Translations under genes and position numbers: made by a program | The notes under the pieces: generated by a model | The model's database searches: none | Told to the model about the DNA's origin: nothing | Seen by the model: only the letters and a program-made list of their open reading frames with translations | Source: Octopus sinensis | Lineage: Eukaryota | Reading direction: 5' to 3' | DNA length: 64,000 nt | NCBI RefSeq assembly: GCF_006345805.1 | Contig: NC_043005.1 | Coordinates: 54,870,001-54,934,000 of the forward strand | In this document: in pieces, positions 36,701 to 51,753 of the stretch | How the letters are laid out: every line of letters starts with the position of its first letter | Numbering within the stretch: position 1 is the first letter of the stretch

Positions 36701-39674
36701 GTCCCATGCTCACACCATTCTTCATTGACCTATGTTTTATTTCTTCATTACTAAGGTTTTCCTATTATGTACCAGCTATCCCAGTTCGTTACTTCAGGCA
36801 TGATGAAATGCATACAGTTTATGCTGTAAAGTAGACTGTATTAGGAAGGGCATCCAGCTATAAAAAGAACATGCCAAAAATAAAAAGAGAATGGTGACAG
36901 AATAAAGAAGATAGGGCACTTTAGTTTTATAAGGACAACCTCACTAAACCTGGTGATATGATGAATTGCACCTAGTCCATACTGTAAAGAGGTTGGGGAT
37001 AAGAAGGACATCCTGTCCTGGATGCCATGCCAAAGTAAGAGTTAATAGCATATACAGTATCCTAGTTGTCCAGTTTTTTTTTCTGTTGCAGTGTGTGCCA
37101 GATAATAAAGAACTGTGTAAGGTAGTAGAGAGACATTGTAAAACTTGTCCGATCTGTGCCAGTATGCCAAAACAGATGTTAAATAGCAACGCTGATATCT
37201 TCTTTACATAAACATTATTTTCCTGGCATTAGGCTCAAATGATGCACATAAAGCCAGTTTTTAACAGAAGTAACTGTCATTAAGAAACAGTATTTATCAT
37301 ACAAAGATAAAGGCATATAGCCTAAGGGGTTAAGGCACTGTATACACAACCAGTACCTTGTGGCTTGTGAGTTATTTGCTTGCTTCTGAGACCAAGTGAC
37401 ACATTATGTCCTTGAGCAGAGCTTTTCATTTCATATTGTCTTATTTATGTAATGCACATAAATTTATTGATTTCATTTCTCCATCTCTTTTTCGTGTTAT
37501 TCCAATCCCCCTGGGTCTTCATTCTCTATTTAATTTTATCCCTCTATTTTCATTATTTTTAAGTCCATCTCTTTTCTGTTTTCCAAATGCTTTATAGTGT
37601 CTTCTACTTTTGTTAGATATCTTATCCATTAACAAGTTTTTTTCTGCCATTTAAACACTAACTTATGTCATTAAAATAGCTACAGATACATTCATCAACA
37701 GCTTTTACCAAAAATAATCTATTAGCTAACAATTCACCAATTAGTGAATATACCTACAAGCAAATGACTGATTAATGCACTCACCAATGGACTTATAATT
37801 ACTATCGTAATTTCAATAAACAGTGAAAATAAAATAAATGGTAAATACTTATTGCTTACAAAATTTATCTTTTAAATATGGAATCATTGATAAAACTTTG
37901 AAAGTATTTATAAAATTAGAAGCTATAAGTTAAGCCTCTTAAATATGACTTGATAGACATATTAGGTTCAGAGTTCATAATAGCCTCTTTTAACTCTTTT
38001 TGCAGAGTCATGATATTTTCATCTTGTCAACAGAGGCTTTTGTTATTCAGCAAATCGTTCACAGGAGAATTCTTGATGGGAAAATCGTTGTCAGTGAGTT
38101 TTCGATATGCTCATTTAAACATGTTGTTGTATTTTGGGAGGTCCATTTTGCTAATAATTACTCATACATTGTTTCTATTTCACTTCTTTTTATGATGAAA
38201 GTTAATTAGTTAACTAACAACCCAGTTAATTACTCATTTAATCTTTCAAACCAATCGGTTAATTGGTTGGTTTATCATAGTCCTTTCATTGCCATTTGCA
38301 ACATTATCAATGACACAAACTGAGCATGGAAAGATCTTCAATGACCTGGCATAATGAGGACATATTAATAAGGTCATAACAATGACAAGACTTCAATAAA
38401 CCAAATGATTGATTGATTGACTGAGCAATTAATTAAGCAATAAATTACATAATTGGTTAATTATTAATTAATTGTCTATAAGAATCCTTTCTAATCTTTA
38501 TGCAAAGTCAGTGAGTTTGATGGGAGGTTGAATTACATCAGTGACCCCCGGTATTGACTGGCATTTATTTTATTGACCCTGAAAGGATGAAAGGCAAATT
38601 CAACCTTGTTGATATTTGATCTCAGAACATAAAGCATGAAGTAATGCCACTAACCATTCTGTTTGGCATGTTAATGATTCTGCCAACCTTGCCATGTTTT
38701 AGTTGGCTATAACAATAAAAAGAAATTAAATAGAACCGGTGCATATACTTTTATTGGCAAAAATAACTCTCCCAAGATACAGCAGAATCTGTTTCAGCAG
38801 ACAATTTCAAATTAAAATCTGCAAAAGAAAGGCAAAAGGTGAAAAGACATTTAACCTTTTAGCATTCACATTTTGGTCAAATGGTGGTGCCCCAGCATGG
38901 CCACAGCTCGTGAGCTGAAACCAGATGAAATAAAAAAATTACTCTGTCAAGTGTAATGTTTATTTGTTCAGATTGATCTAAATGGTTTACAGCACACAAA
39001 AAAAAATCATTTAACCTTGCAAAAATAACACTCAAAGCAGTATATAAGATCAGAAATATAATTTCGAAGCGTTCATGGTGAAATAGTGAGGATCTGACCA
39101 AAAAGTTTGCAATTATAAAAAGTTGGAGAAAGCTTTCAAGTATAAATAAAATGAAAGTATATAAAAATAAATATTATTTTCCATCTTATGGTTAGTTTTG
39201 TTGCATTTTGGAAAATGAAAATATATTTTGTGGTTTATTATTGTTTATATTTTGAATTACATATATATGGGGACACCAAAATCATTTAAGTGCTTAGGGC
39301 CTCTATGGGTCTTAATCCTGACCCAAGGAGACAGGTGGTGGTGATTAATCAGGCAAGTGATTAATTTCACCACCAAACTAGTCATGGCAAGATTTGAGCA
39401 CAGAACAAAAATAGCCAGAAGAAACAGCATGATTTATCTAGTCCAATGTTCTTAGAGCACCATCAACTCACAATTGCAGACTGGTTCCTTTTTTTATTGA
39501 CACCCTAAAGCATGAAAATTCAAAGACAACCCCAACAGTAATTTGAACTCCATGTGAATAAAGTTAGAACAATTAAACAAATATATCAAAGCTTTCGATC
39601 AACACACTTAACGACTCTGCTAATCTGCCATTTTGGCTTTTTATCTAAAAGTTTATAAGAATAAAATATTTTTT

Positions 39675-39917
39675 ACCTTTTACTTGTTTCAGTCATTGGA
39701 CTACAGCCATGCTGGGGCACTGCCTCGAAGGGTTTAGTCAAACAAATCAATACCAATACTTACATTGTTTTTGAAGTCTGGTATTTAGTCTATTTTATCA
39801 GTCCCTTTCACTGAACCACTAAGCAATGAAAACATAAACAAACCAACACTGGTTGTTAAGCTGTTAAGCGAATGTGGGGAACAAGAATAATGCAAATAAA
39901 AGCACACACATGCACAT

Positions 39918-39971
<54 letters not shown>

Positions 39972-40125
39972 ATTGGGTTTCTTTTCACTTCCATCCACCA
40001 AATCCACTCCCAAGACTTTGGTTAGCCCAATACTTTAGTAGATGCTACCTAAGATGCTACAAAGACAGACTGATCTTTAGACCACGTGGTTGGGATGCAA
40101 GCTGCTTAAACATATAGCTTTGCCC
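39675..40125 (-). mobile_element. SINE family B, decayed
   Basis: cttgtttcagtcattggact..ccatgctggggcac..(CA)n..caaatccactc.. Confidence 0.7.
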
Positions 40126-42744
40126 ATGCCTATGTTTGTATTTATCTTACACTTACCTTCAGTCATTATTTTGAGAACTATTATATCACTGACAGAATTA
40201 CTAAAATAACAAAACATTTACTACACTTCCTATATCTACCAATGATGGTTCACTTTAAAAATTGTTTATTTAATAGCTAATCTAATGTACTAGAAGAGTT
40301 AATACACTCATGGACAACTCTTGTCCCTGTTCAACCTTTAACAGAAAAATTAAATTTCTTATAATTTAGTATTCTTAATTTTGTTTCTTTTTTTAGCATT
40401 CATGATTTTTTCTCATTTTGCTCTTATTTTTATTCATTTATTTATTTATATATTTATCTATTTATTTATTTATTGGAAACATAAATTCCAATATTTAAGT
40501 GATACAGTTAAAATAGTAATTACATATTTTGGCTTCAATATTAATATAATATCAAAGTTAAAATGTTCTGAACAGCACAGACTTTTCTGACAGGAATAAA
40601 AATGTTAAAAGTCAATACACTATAAAACTTAAATGGTTTACAAAATCTTATAAAAATCAAATTTGTGTAACTTTTTTAAGATGTATTTTACCTTTTATTT
40701 ATTTATTTTTTTTATCCCAAAGTAATAATAGATCCCAAAAACATTTTTTTAAGGTGAATGAGAATAACAAAATGACAAAAATCATCTTATTAAACTTTCA
40801 GAAAGTAAAGAACTTCTTTCATCATCAAATATTTATTGGCTCCAAATAGACTTTTAGTTGAAAATAGAGAAAATATTTCTATAACATCAATTAGGATCTC
40901 CAGCAAATTATACTATTGGAATATGATTGAAGGAGGTCTACCACTCAACATTTGTTGGTTAATCAGCTATAAAGATGTCCTCTTTCCAGACATGAACTGT
41001 TCTTATGACTTGTTTAACATTCACAGGATTGCTTAAATCTCCTTTACATTTTCTCTGCAATCACAAGACTAGCAATTGGTTTCTCTAATTTTCTGTGTTT
41101 AACAAAGTCAGATGATTTTGTAGAATAACATAATAACAGAATAATAGAATAACTTTGTAACTGATGTCGTCCTGTAATGCTGGTCAAGATTTGCATGCAG
41201 GATTTGACCAAAGCAATTGAAATGCAGTTCCTTGTCGATGCCAATATTTTCAGCCGTATTGACCTCTTCATGGCATGGAAGAAAGGGAGGTGGTTTGATT
41301 GGAGCTTCAATCAATCCATGCCAAAGTCAAGTACTCCGTGTCTTTTTATGCCAAAGGTCTTAAATTAATCGAAGAACTAAGCTTACAAAGTCCTTGACTC
41401 CGAGTCACAAGACAAGTTATGGCAATAAGAATACTTTATGCTTTGACAACAGATAATACTTGAATGAAGGACAATAAGAATTAGTAGCAATGAATAGAGT
41501 TCATAATGATAGATGTTGTAATTACAGAACTTCGTTCCTGTTGGCATATAAGTAGGAAATACATGAATGAGGCTATAAAGCTATTGTCTTTCTCTTTGTC
41601 AGAAGATCACTCCAATTCTTTTATCATGGCCAAAATACTGTAATGTTATAATGAGTGTTTATTGCTAAATTCTTTTGATAGTATCTTACATCAACAACCT
41701 AATTGGCTGAAACTATTAGAGTCATGGAGCCGAAGGGACTATGTAAGATATACTTCAATAGACGTTGCCATGAAAGTTAAAGAGAAAGTAATATTTAAAT
41801 GCAAATATAAGTGTGTATGCATATCTATACACACACATACACACACATATATATGAAGAGAGAGGTGGGGGGTGAGATAAAGAAATGGAGAGAGAAAAGA
41901 AGAGAGAGAGAGAGACTGAATTATTGTTGTTAAACAGTGGCTTGATTGCTGACACATTGTTTCAGTTTATCTGTAAATGAAAACATTTCCTGCTGAATTT
42001 CATCCCAACTGAAATGCACTCAACTTTATTAAATATAATTATTATTGTTGTTGTTGGTATTATTATTATTATTATTATCATTATTATTATTATTGTTATT
42101 ATTATTATTTATTGAAGGATTTATCCTTTTGATATATGCATACAAAAGACTGAATTAAAATGTTTCTTCCCTGGCATGTGTGTCAATAGACTGAAATGAA
42201 TTATGTGAAACTCTAGAATTAATTATGCATTAATCACAAGATCTACTTTAAATAGACAATATCTGCAGAACCAGCAAACATGCCAGATAATATAATATTT
42301 CTAAATTAGTTTAGAGAGTTATATTCATTCTCAATTTTCCTTTACAACAATATTATTACTGATTTTCTCTTACATTAATATTTGCAAATATAAAACATCA
42401 CAAATTCAAAATCACTTAATAAAAATTTAATAAACTCAACAAATATGAATTAATATTCAAATTATCATTAATGGTCATTATAAAAACTTTCTTTTATTCT
42501 ACAATTTTGGTTACTCTTGACTATATTGATCCAATATAACATTATAACAGCATGCTTTAGAGAATGTTATTTCACCTTCATGACAAACTGTTGTATTAAA
42601 TTCTGGTCAGTTTTAAAGAAGGATCAACACAGTCTCCCTTGTATAAAACTAAACTGACACACTGAATAATGTATTGATTGTAATTCTGAGCTCGAGTTCA
42701 AATTACCTACAAGGCTGGATTTTATTTTATTTTTTTTACATATT

Positions 42745-42950
42745 TGCTGGTGCCACATATAAAGCACCCAATACACGCTGTAAAGTGGTTGGTATTAGGA
42801 AGGGCATCCAGCCATAGAAACCAAGCAGAATCAGATTGGTGCCTGATACAGCTCTCCTGCTGGAAAGCTCCACTCAAACCATCCAACCATACGCTAGCAT
42901 GGAAAAAGAACATTAAATAATGGTGGTGGTGGTGGTGGTGGTGGTGGTGG
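42745..42950 (+). mobile_element. RTE 3'-tail element (family C)
   Basis: ttaggaagggcatccagccatagaaacc..ctagcatggaaaaagaacattaaa followed by a (TGG)n tail. Confidence 0.75.
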
Positions 42951-43976
42951 CAGTGGTAGCGATGGTGGCAACAATGATGAAGACGACGACGAGATGACAA
43001 ACAGTGCTATTTTAAGACATGGGGACTCTGGGTTGTTGCCCTAGGGCCTCTTAGGTTTAAGAGCCCAAGTCTGATATATATATATATATAAAACGATGAA
43101 TAGCTTTGCGTAAACCATGGTCCATTTTGTTCTCTTACTTTATTATCATCTTATAGTCATCTCATAATAATGACTTTTGTGACTCGTATTACTACCTCAG
43201 TCAATCTAAATGTATATATTTGTCGTTACCTGTTATAAATAGCCTTTTTTATTTGCAATGTGCATTTTCGTTGATTTTTCATATTTTACCCTTACATTTC
43301 CACATGTATTTTATATTTTCTTTTCGTAACATATTTCTACTATATATATATATGCTGTGATTTGCTGAAAATAAATAAATACAATAGGGCCCTAGTGTAT
43401 TGATTTGCCTCGTTGTGTATACTGTTGAGATGGCCTTGTTGACAAATCACTGTAGCCAGGCCAAGTAAGAATTTTAAATATTTTTAATAATAACGTTATT
43501 GGAGTGCCACTTACATGTATACATTGTTTCAGGTTTAGGTAAATGCTTATAGATATTGATCCAATATAACATTATTGATAGATAAGCTTTTTGTAATGTC
43601 ATATTTCAGGAAGATCTGAATGTTTTTGTTTTTTTAATTAGCCTTTAACACATTGTAGGTGCATCATGTCACTATGAATTTTCCCCCCTATAGTAACAGG
43701 ACAATGGCAGGGGAAACAGTTCTAAAGCAAATGCCATGTGCTAAAGGTTAGGATCAACTGCATGTCACCTAAAAGTCAGAACATGCTTCTGCTGATGCAC
43801 AGATCGTAAATTTGTTACCACTGACCTTGATAGTATAATTAATTACACTTTTACTTTTTTTAAATAAATCATTTCCTGAGAATATAAAGATTTCTTGAGA
43901 ATATAAAACTACAGTATCTTGTAATAAAAAGGAACTTTGAAACAACTCATGTTTAGATCAGGTTTCATTAGATTGT

Positions 43977-44038
<62 letters not shown>

Positions 44039-44075
44039 GGATAAAGGTAAAAAGATAAAATAGTAAAAACATATA

Positions 44076-44222
44076 TAAGAGGGGATGCTGAAAAGTTCCT
44101 GGCTTTAAGGGTATCACAAAAGGCCTAGTTGGAGGCCCAGGTTATTTACAGGGCTTAGAAAAACTGAAGGACTGCTGCCATACATGTGAATATGACCACT
44201 GCAATAAGTGTGTGAATATGAA
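44076..44222 (+). mobile_element. mariner-derived MITE-like fragment
   Basis: TA then agaggggatgctgaaaagttcctggc (TIR-like), joined to GLEKLKD..NKCVN (mariner transposase C-terminus-like). Confidence 0.45.
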
Positions 44223-44292
44223 GGTGTATGGCTCAGTGGTTAGCGCATCGGGCTCACAATCATTAAGAACTTTTGTAAAAAAATTGACATTA

Positions 44293-44712
44293 GGTGCAGG
44301 AGTGGATGTGTGGTAAGAAGCATGTGCAGGAGTGGCTGTGTGTTAAGAACCAGGTGCAGAAGTGGCTTTGTGGTAAGAAGCTTGCTTCCCAACTACAGCG
44401 TTCTGGTTTCAGTCCCACTGCATGGCACCTTGTGAGTGGATTTGATAGATGGAAACTGAAAGAAGCCAATCATATATGTGTGTGTGTGTGTGTGTATTTG
44501 TGTCTGTGTTTGTCTGCCACCCCCACCACTACTACCATTATTTGACAACCGATGTTGGTGTATTTATGTCCTTGTAACTTAGCAGTATGGCAAAAGAGAC
44601 TGATAGAATAAGTACTGGGCTTACAAAGAATAAGTCCTGGAGTCAATTTGTTTGACTAATGGCGATGCTCCTGCATGGCCACAGTCAAATGACTGAAACA
44701 AATAAAAGAATA
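44293..44712 (+). mobile_element. SINE family B with triplicated 30-bp head, followed by a family C tail (44713-44842)
   Basis: gtgcag.agtgg.t.tgtg.taagaa at 44294, 44324 and 44354. Confidence 0.8.
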
Positions 44713-44829
44713 AGGGCATCCAGCTGTAGAAACTCTGCCAGATCAGATTGGAGTCTGGTGCAGCCATCTGGTTCGCCAGACCTCAGTCAAATCATCCAAC
44801 TCATGCTAGCATGGAAAGCGGACGTTAAA

Positions 44830-44966
44830 TGATGATGATGATGGTGGTGGTGGTGGTGGTGGTGAGGAGGAGGAGGAGGAGGAGGAGGAGGAGGTGGAGG
44901 AGGAGGAGGTGGAGGAGGAGGTGGAGGAGGAGGAGGAGGTGGAGGAGGTGGAGGAGGAGGAGGAGG
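44830..44966. repeat. Compound (GAT)(GGT)(GGA)n microsatellite
   Basis: Direct reading; explains the poly-Pro and poly-Arg ORFs. Confidence 0.95.
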
Positions 44967-46640
44967 AAAAGAATTAAACAATTAAACAAAAATATTTACA
45001 AAATACAGGAAGAAGTGACACCCATATCTGTACGAGAGCAAAGTGGCAGGATCATTTGACTGAATTCCATAATTTAGTGCCTCCAAATTTCAAAGTAAAC
45101 AAAGATGAAATGGCTTCTACTGGAAATGACCTTGATTTTGAGGACATTGACTCAGGAAATATTTTGGAAATTTTATTGGTTTAACATTCAAATGACTTAA
45201 GTGGCAATGATTTTATTAACATTAAGTATCAAGGAACACATATGAAAAAGAAGAGAGGCGTTAGAAGAAACGGAAAATGACTTTAAAGGAAATAACAGCA
45301 AAAGGACTTGATGAATATTTTCAGGATATTAAATCAGACAAGCAATGGTTAGTGTATATGGAGCCAAATGTTAGCAGAATTATATATTCATTTGCTAAGA
45401 TTTAGATGATCAAATTGCTTGCTAACACAACAAAATGAATGCAGAGAGGGAATTGAAATTTTTCAATTGGCTCTCAATAGTTTTTTTCTAAAAAATAATT
45501 TACAGCAATTCTCAATTTTCTTTTTATTATTAAATATTAATTCAAATTATTCCCATTGAATTTATGTGGTTTTTATATATGTGGAACCACTGGAAGATTA
45601 ATCAATGTTAGATATGAGATAGATGGAATATTTCTATTATTTTATATTTTTATATATTGTTTTTACGTTATGCCAATGTTAAAAAAAAATTAAGCACAAA
45701 GAAGCAGTAGTAAGTACTTAGCAAACCAAGTTTGTGACCCAATTTTAATTCCCACCAATACCCCTGTCATATTGTTAGTGCTTTTGGAGAAAAGTAGAGC
45801 AGGGTTATTGAGTGATAAGTATATTGTCAGAAATACACTCACTACTAGTGTTGAATTTCTGTTTCCTTTGTCAGCAGTTGATAACATAAGAGTAAGCAAT
45901 ATACAGAGGTTAATTTAATCAGCCATACATCTCCCTTGAGGTGTTGATGATAGGATTTGAATCATCAACTTTTTATGGGTTGGTCAATGTTCTATCTTGG
46001 ACAGCCATGGCCTCAACACACAAAGCATCAATTTGTTTTGAATGAACATAAAATTAACTTTGGTAAAAGTAATATTAGATACAATTGAATTGCCCATTTA
46101 ATCTTGGACATTTTTCATTTTACCAGCCTGAGAAGAGTAACAAGCAAAATTAACTCCAGTAGCATTTGAACTCATGACACTAAAGTACAAGATAAGAAAT
46201 GATAAGCTATCAGATTGAGCACTCTGCTCATTCTCTGCAATATTTGCTCATAATTATCACAGAAAATACTAATTTACTTTCACTAATCACAAAACTAGTT
46301 TTTTAAAAAAATTTTTCTAATTATACCTTTTGCCTTCTACCTGCTTCAGTCATTGGACTGCAGCCTTGCTGGGGTGCCACTTTGAAGTGTTTATTTGAAT
46401 AAATCAACTCCCCATACCTATTTGCTGAAGTCTGGTATTTATTTTACTGATTTCTTTTGCCAAACCACTAAAATTTACAGGAATGTAACCAAAACCAATT
46501 GTCAAGTAGTAGAGGTGGTGACAAAGGCACACACCCACAAGCAGTTTCTTTAACAGCTAATCAGCTTTGCCACTCCTTCTCAGTTAAGATATTAATTACC
46601 ATTAAATAACTCATACATTTCAGTTCACATCTCACTCTGT

Positions 46641-46687
<47 letters not shown>

Positions 46688-47999
46688 ATACACACGTGTA
46701 TATATATATATATGGTATATATGTAACATATATATGATATATATAAAGACACACATGTATACATGCATACACACACACACACACACTTACATACATACAT
46801 CTACACCTGATGAAGGAGGATCTGATACACACCCCAAAACAGATTACTCATCCATAAGCTAATACTCAAAATAAAGTATATATATGATAACCATTTATAA
46901 TTATGATGATTACTAGAATCTTTTTCTTTTTTATAACATCTTTTGCCAAATATTTTCCCACCAGACCTGAGGTTCCTAGTTAAACCAAGCTATAGGAATA
47001 CATTTATCAGGACGGCCATAGCTCATGGAACGTATGAGTCAGAGTTTTATACTAATCACTTGAAATAGTTTACATCAATATGCATTTGAGAAAATAGTAA
47101 GAATTCCAGGATTCTTATAACCTCAAAGACTAACAAAATGATGTTTAATGCCTGAACACTGTTAGATATATTAATTCTTAATAACTTGGCAAGAATTTTT
47201 CTTTCTTCCTTTTTATCTTATGAAATAGAACTGATAATCTTTTTGTCTGATAGCAACTGGAATGCAGAAGCTGTCTGCAGCATATGGGAAACAGATTGGT
47301 CATTGGAATAAAATCTCATTGATCATAGAAATAATGAATTCAGTAACATTCACATTCAAAGTGATTTTCCTCTCTTTTACTTATTTGTGTGTGTGGCTGA
47401 TAGGTGATGGGTGATGGGTGATAGATGGGAGGTGGTGGTGGATGGAATGGTGAGTGGGAATATTCTATAGAATTGAAAAATAAATGGTAAAAATCTCTCC
47501 TTTCTCCACGTACAGATATGGACACATATAGAGAAATATTGGAAATAATTTTGATAAGAAATCAATCTTTCCACAGCTAAAATAATAGGCTCAAACTGTC
47601 AAATCTGTAAGATTGTTCAATTCTCTCTCTGTCTCTCAAAAACTAAAAAAAAAGAAAAACGCATGTATACTTATTTATTTATTTATTTATTTATTTATCT
47701 ATTTCAACTTTTTGCGAAAACCGTATGAGAAATCGAAATCTCTGCAATGTTGAGTTCTTAAGTTCTTTAGTTTATTTTTAACCACCAAATTTGAGGACAA
47801 ACTGCAGCACCGCCATATGTTAAAAAATAAATAATATTCCTAAGCTGTGCAAATTATAAAGTTTTATCAATTTAGTAGCAAATATCAAAGTTTATTTTTT
47901 TAATCATTTTATTTCTAAACTTTTCAAATGTAATCTGCCACAATAATGTGAATTTAGTTTAAACATCCTCTTGTTGAGTAAATTCTGACAGATAATATT

Positions 48000-48213
48000 G
48001 ATTTCAAATTCTGGCAAAAGACCAGCAATTTCAGGAGATGGGGTAAGTCAATTACATCAACTCCAGTACTCAACCAGTACATATTTTATCAATCCTGAAA
48101 GGATGAAAGGCAAAGTCAACCTTGGTGAAATTTGAACTCAGAGCATGAAGACAGACAAACCTCCACTAAACATTTCGCCTGGTGTGCTAATGATTCTGCC
48201 AGCTCACTGCCTT
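48000..48213 (-). mobile_element. SINE family A
   Basis: Full body homologous to 722-910. Confidence 0.8.
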
Positions 48214-49989
48214 ATTCTGGATGATAAATCACTAACAAAACATGAATACACAACCAAAAACTATTTATGAGTAAATGAGGGAGTCTCTATATGGTAACCT
48301 GACCTGATAGAAAGACATCCAAATATCTCTCGTGTAACATCTAATTGTCTTGTATTAAAAGAAGTCCCTTTGGTTAATATAATTCTACATAATTCTAAAA
48401 GAAATAGGGTGATCACAGCTAGAATAGAATATATTTGATCATAGATCTCCTTATTTGAGTCTGTCTTGGAGATAAACAACAACAATATCAAGTGTGAATT
48501 ACCAGAGTCTTTAATCCAGCATGACGTGTTTTTAGTTCAAACCCTGCCCAGGTCAGCTTTGCCATTCAGCTTTCTCAAGTTTGATAAATAATTTAACAAT
48601 CTCTGACAGTAGACTGATGGAATTTGATTATCAGATAAGATGCTTTTCAGCATTGCATTCTGAGTTTGTCATAGCTTACATATGTGGCAGAATTAACCTG
48701 TCACCCTGCTTAACACCACTACTTAGTCCTTGGGATACCTGTAGTAGAATCTATTGCATTACAAGCATTCAGGCCAGATGTCTACTATCAGTCTTAAATA
48801 CACTGTAAAGTGTTATGGTCAATGTCTTGTAACTTGGTTTAGTATTTTAAAAATAAATCAGCAACAGTAATGTTTCATGAGAAATAACATTAAGCTTTTA
48901 ACCATTTCTATTGAGATGTTAGAAACATATGACAAGTATGGACAGATGGACATACTAGAATATGACATGTGTTGACAAATACGAATACACATACTATCAT
49001 AGTAACATATGACAAAGTTTGACATACATATGACAAGTATTGACAAATAATGATGAGATTTTGACTCACATTTTGACACAGAAATATTTGACAAGTATTA
49101 ACAAGTACTGACACAGACATTGGTATTGTAATATTTGGTAAGTATTGACAAGTTTTGACACACCTATTGACATATTGGATGGAACTGAATTGCCCATGTT
49201 CAGTTCACTGCAGGACAAGGGCCTCGGCATGTTCTCTCCACTAACCACAGTCTGATGTTGCAGGTGTGATTTTGAGCTTGAAATCATACTACTTTGATAA
49301 GCCTACTCTTCCACACTGGCTCCATATGTCTTAGCAAAGAGATGCAGTTCCTTTTATACTCATATCCTGGAGTAATTAAGTCAATTGCATCAACCTCAGT
49401 GCTCAACTGGTATTTATTTAACTGATCATGAAAGGCTGAAAAACAATGTTGACCTCAGAAGAATTTGAACTCAGAACATAAGTATACTGCTTTTTGCTCA
49501 GCATGCTAATAATTCTGCCAGCTCACTACTTTAGTAACATATGACAAATATTGACAAGTACTGGTAACTTTCAGCTCTAGACAAACAGTTAAAATTGCTA
49601 TCTGATGTGAATTAACAATGAACTATCAGACGTTGTAAAGCACAAACAAACATAGTCAAAGCATCACATGACATTAAAAATTGTTTTGTAATGATTAATC
49701 ATCAGTATTTCTCATGCAGTGATATATTATCAACTTGTCAAAATAAGGATGATTTTAAATTAGTCCTTAATCTCATACCTCTGGCACCATGCAATGTTTT
49801 AAATTTTTTATGATCATTCCTGTGAAGTAAACCACTGTCAACAAGCAAGCAAACCAAATGGTACTCCCACTGAAAATGACTGACAAATCAGAAATGTCCA
49901 AACTTCAAAGCTGTCAGCCTTGATTGCTTGGTGATATTAGTTAAAACCAAGTAGTTTTTTAATCGCAGGATTTAACTATATTTTGGTTA

Positions 49990-50590
49990 TTCCTTATGTT
50001 GGGAAAATCTTCTGATTGCATCCCCCATGATGATGGAACATCACTGAGACAAGTGGAGAAGTTTAAATAGCCCAGGGTTGTATTTTTGAGTAATAGGAAG
50101 CAGGAGGCTGAAGTGGGGCTAGAATTGCAGGTCCTGGCAGTCATGCACCAGTTCCAGCATTTAATCCTTAGAACAGAAAAGGTTGGTAAAAGAAAGAGCC
50201 AAACTCATTAGTTTCAATTCAGTTTATGTACCTGTATTCACCTGTGATTATGAAAGTTGGGTAATGACTGAAGGTGTATGATCACAAATATAAGCAGCTG
50301 AAATGAGGCTCCCTCGAAAAAATCAAGGTGCATAGCTCAGAGATCAGAGAATCTCTCCTGGTCAAGCCACTATTTCTCTACATTGAGAAGTTGCAGCTCT
50401 AGTTCTGTGAACATGGGGATTAGAATGTCACAGGAAAGAATTGCAAGATGGATTCTTCAAGTTGAGTCAACTGGCAGGAGACCTAGGAGTGGACCAAGAA
50501 TGAGATGGTTGGATAATATTCATAGACTCAGTGTTCACACTTGGGAATCTAGTTGGGAAGTGTAATGATGGTTATTTCTGATAGGACCCT
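49990..50590 (+). pseudogene. Decayed RTE (Rex3/Expander-like) LINE 3' region
   Basis: LRQVEKFK*PRVVF..VYVPVFTCDYESWVMTE..AAEMRL..RMSQERIARWIL..TGRRPRSGPRMRWLD. Confidence 0.75.
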
Positions 50591-51753
50591 ACAATCCAGG
50601 AATAGTGGGTGGAAAAGAGGGTTGGCTGGATGGCTGGATGGATGGCTGGATGGCTGGCTGGATGGCTGGCGGGCTAGTTGGATGGATGGATGAATGGATG
50701 AATGGAATTGTGGAAATATTATCTACAGTTAATAATTCTTAAGAGAACAAATAACAAAAACTGACAATGCCACCAACTATAACGAAACATAAATACATAA
50801 GAAACTACAAAGCAATAATAAAATGTTTTTGAAAGACCCAGAAACAATAATGAAATGTCAACAGCTTTCAAAAAATAAAGAAATAGTTGTCTTCTACTGA
50901 TCAATAAAAAAGGTTAACGATTTCTTTCAATCAATAACAACCTGCCAAACGATGTCAAATTAGGAAAAATGAGCAGCAGTTGCTTTGATAAATGCTTTTA
51001 TCATCAGTACAAGGCCACACTCAAGTAGTGGAGGTACAGTTGTTTATATCAACGCAAGTAATTCACTGAGGCCAAAAACTGACAAGGATGTCATTAGAGC
51101 ATTGGATAAAATGCCTTGTGGTATCCATCCCAGCTCTCTACATTCTAAGTTCAAATTTTATGGGAGTCAACTTGCCCTTTCTCCCTTTCAAAGTCAATAA
51201 TAAATAAAGCATCAGCTTAAAGGAGTAGATTAGAAGAAATATTGTTTTTTTGTTTTTTTTGCACCAGACCAGCAATTTTAGGGGATGGGTAAGTTGATTA
51301 CATCAACCCCCAGTGCTCAGCTGGTACTAATTTTATTGACCCCGAAAGGATGGAAGATGCTAAAGGTTATAGCTAATTATCTGATCAAAGGAGCACATTT
51401 TTGCAAACTGCAGTTTGTCATCACAGAGAGGTAGTAGGCCCACAGCCAGCACACACAAAAAAAAAAACTGGTAGTGCCATGTTGAAGTTTCATGTGGCAA
51501 GGGATCAAAACTAGCTGAAAGGAAAGAACAGAACTTCATTGGTAATTATATTTATCCACTCTGGAGGGCTGAAAACTGAGTTGACCATGATGGAATTCAT
51601 AATAAGGATATAGAAAGGTGTAACTAAATACTATCTAATATTCCACCATCATTTCTGGCATTCTTCCACTAATTCTTCCAATCTTTTGCTTTTAGCAAAT
51701 AATGATTGCTAAGAAGAACAGAAATTTAGATGAAAAGAAACTGTCAGTTATAT

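Noticed and set aside
36966-37211. CKTCPIC motif as integrase zinc finger or exon
   Set aside because: Too short, with no supporting motifs nearby.
37920-38180. Plus-strand exon 38006-38093 or minus-strand protein relic
   Set aside because: Splice-like sites exist but no recognisable product; the minus frame has stops; cannot choose between them.
41044-41368. Overlapping short ORFs in unique sequence
   Set aside because: No family motifs or convincing splice sites.
43005-43440. hAT-like MITE ends (also 34765-34900)
   Set aside because: Termini too decayed to define TIRs or a TSD.
44787-45059. Poly-Pro/poly-His and poly-Arg ORFs
   Set aside because: (GGA)/(GGT)n tract grown from a retroposon tail.
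46805-46860. CTGATGA hammerhead start (also 24244 and CTGAAGA at 26336)
   Set aside because: No matching stem II-GAAA-stem III-stem I downstream.
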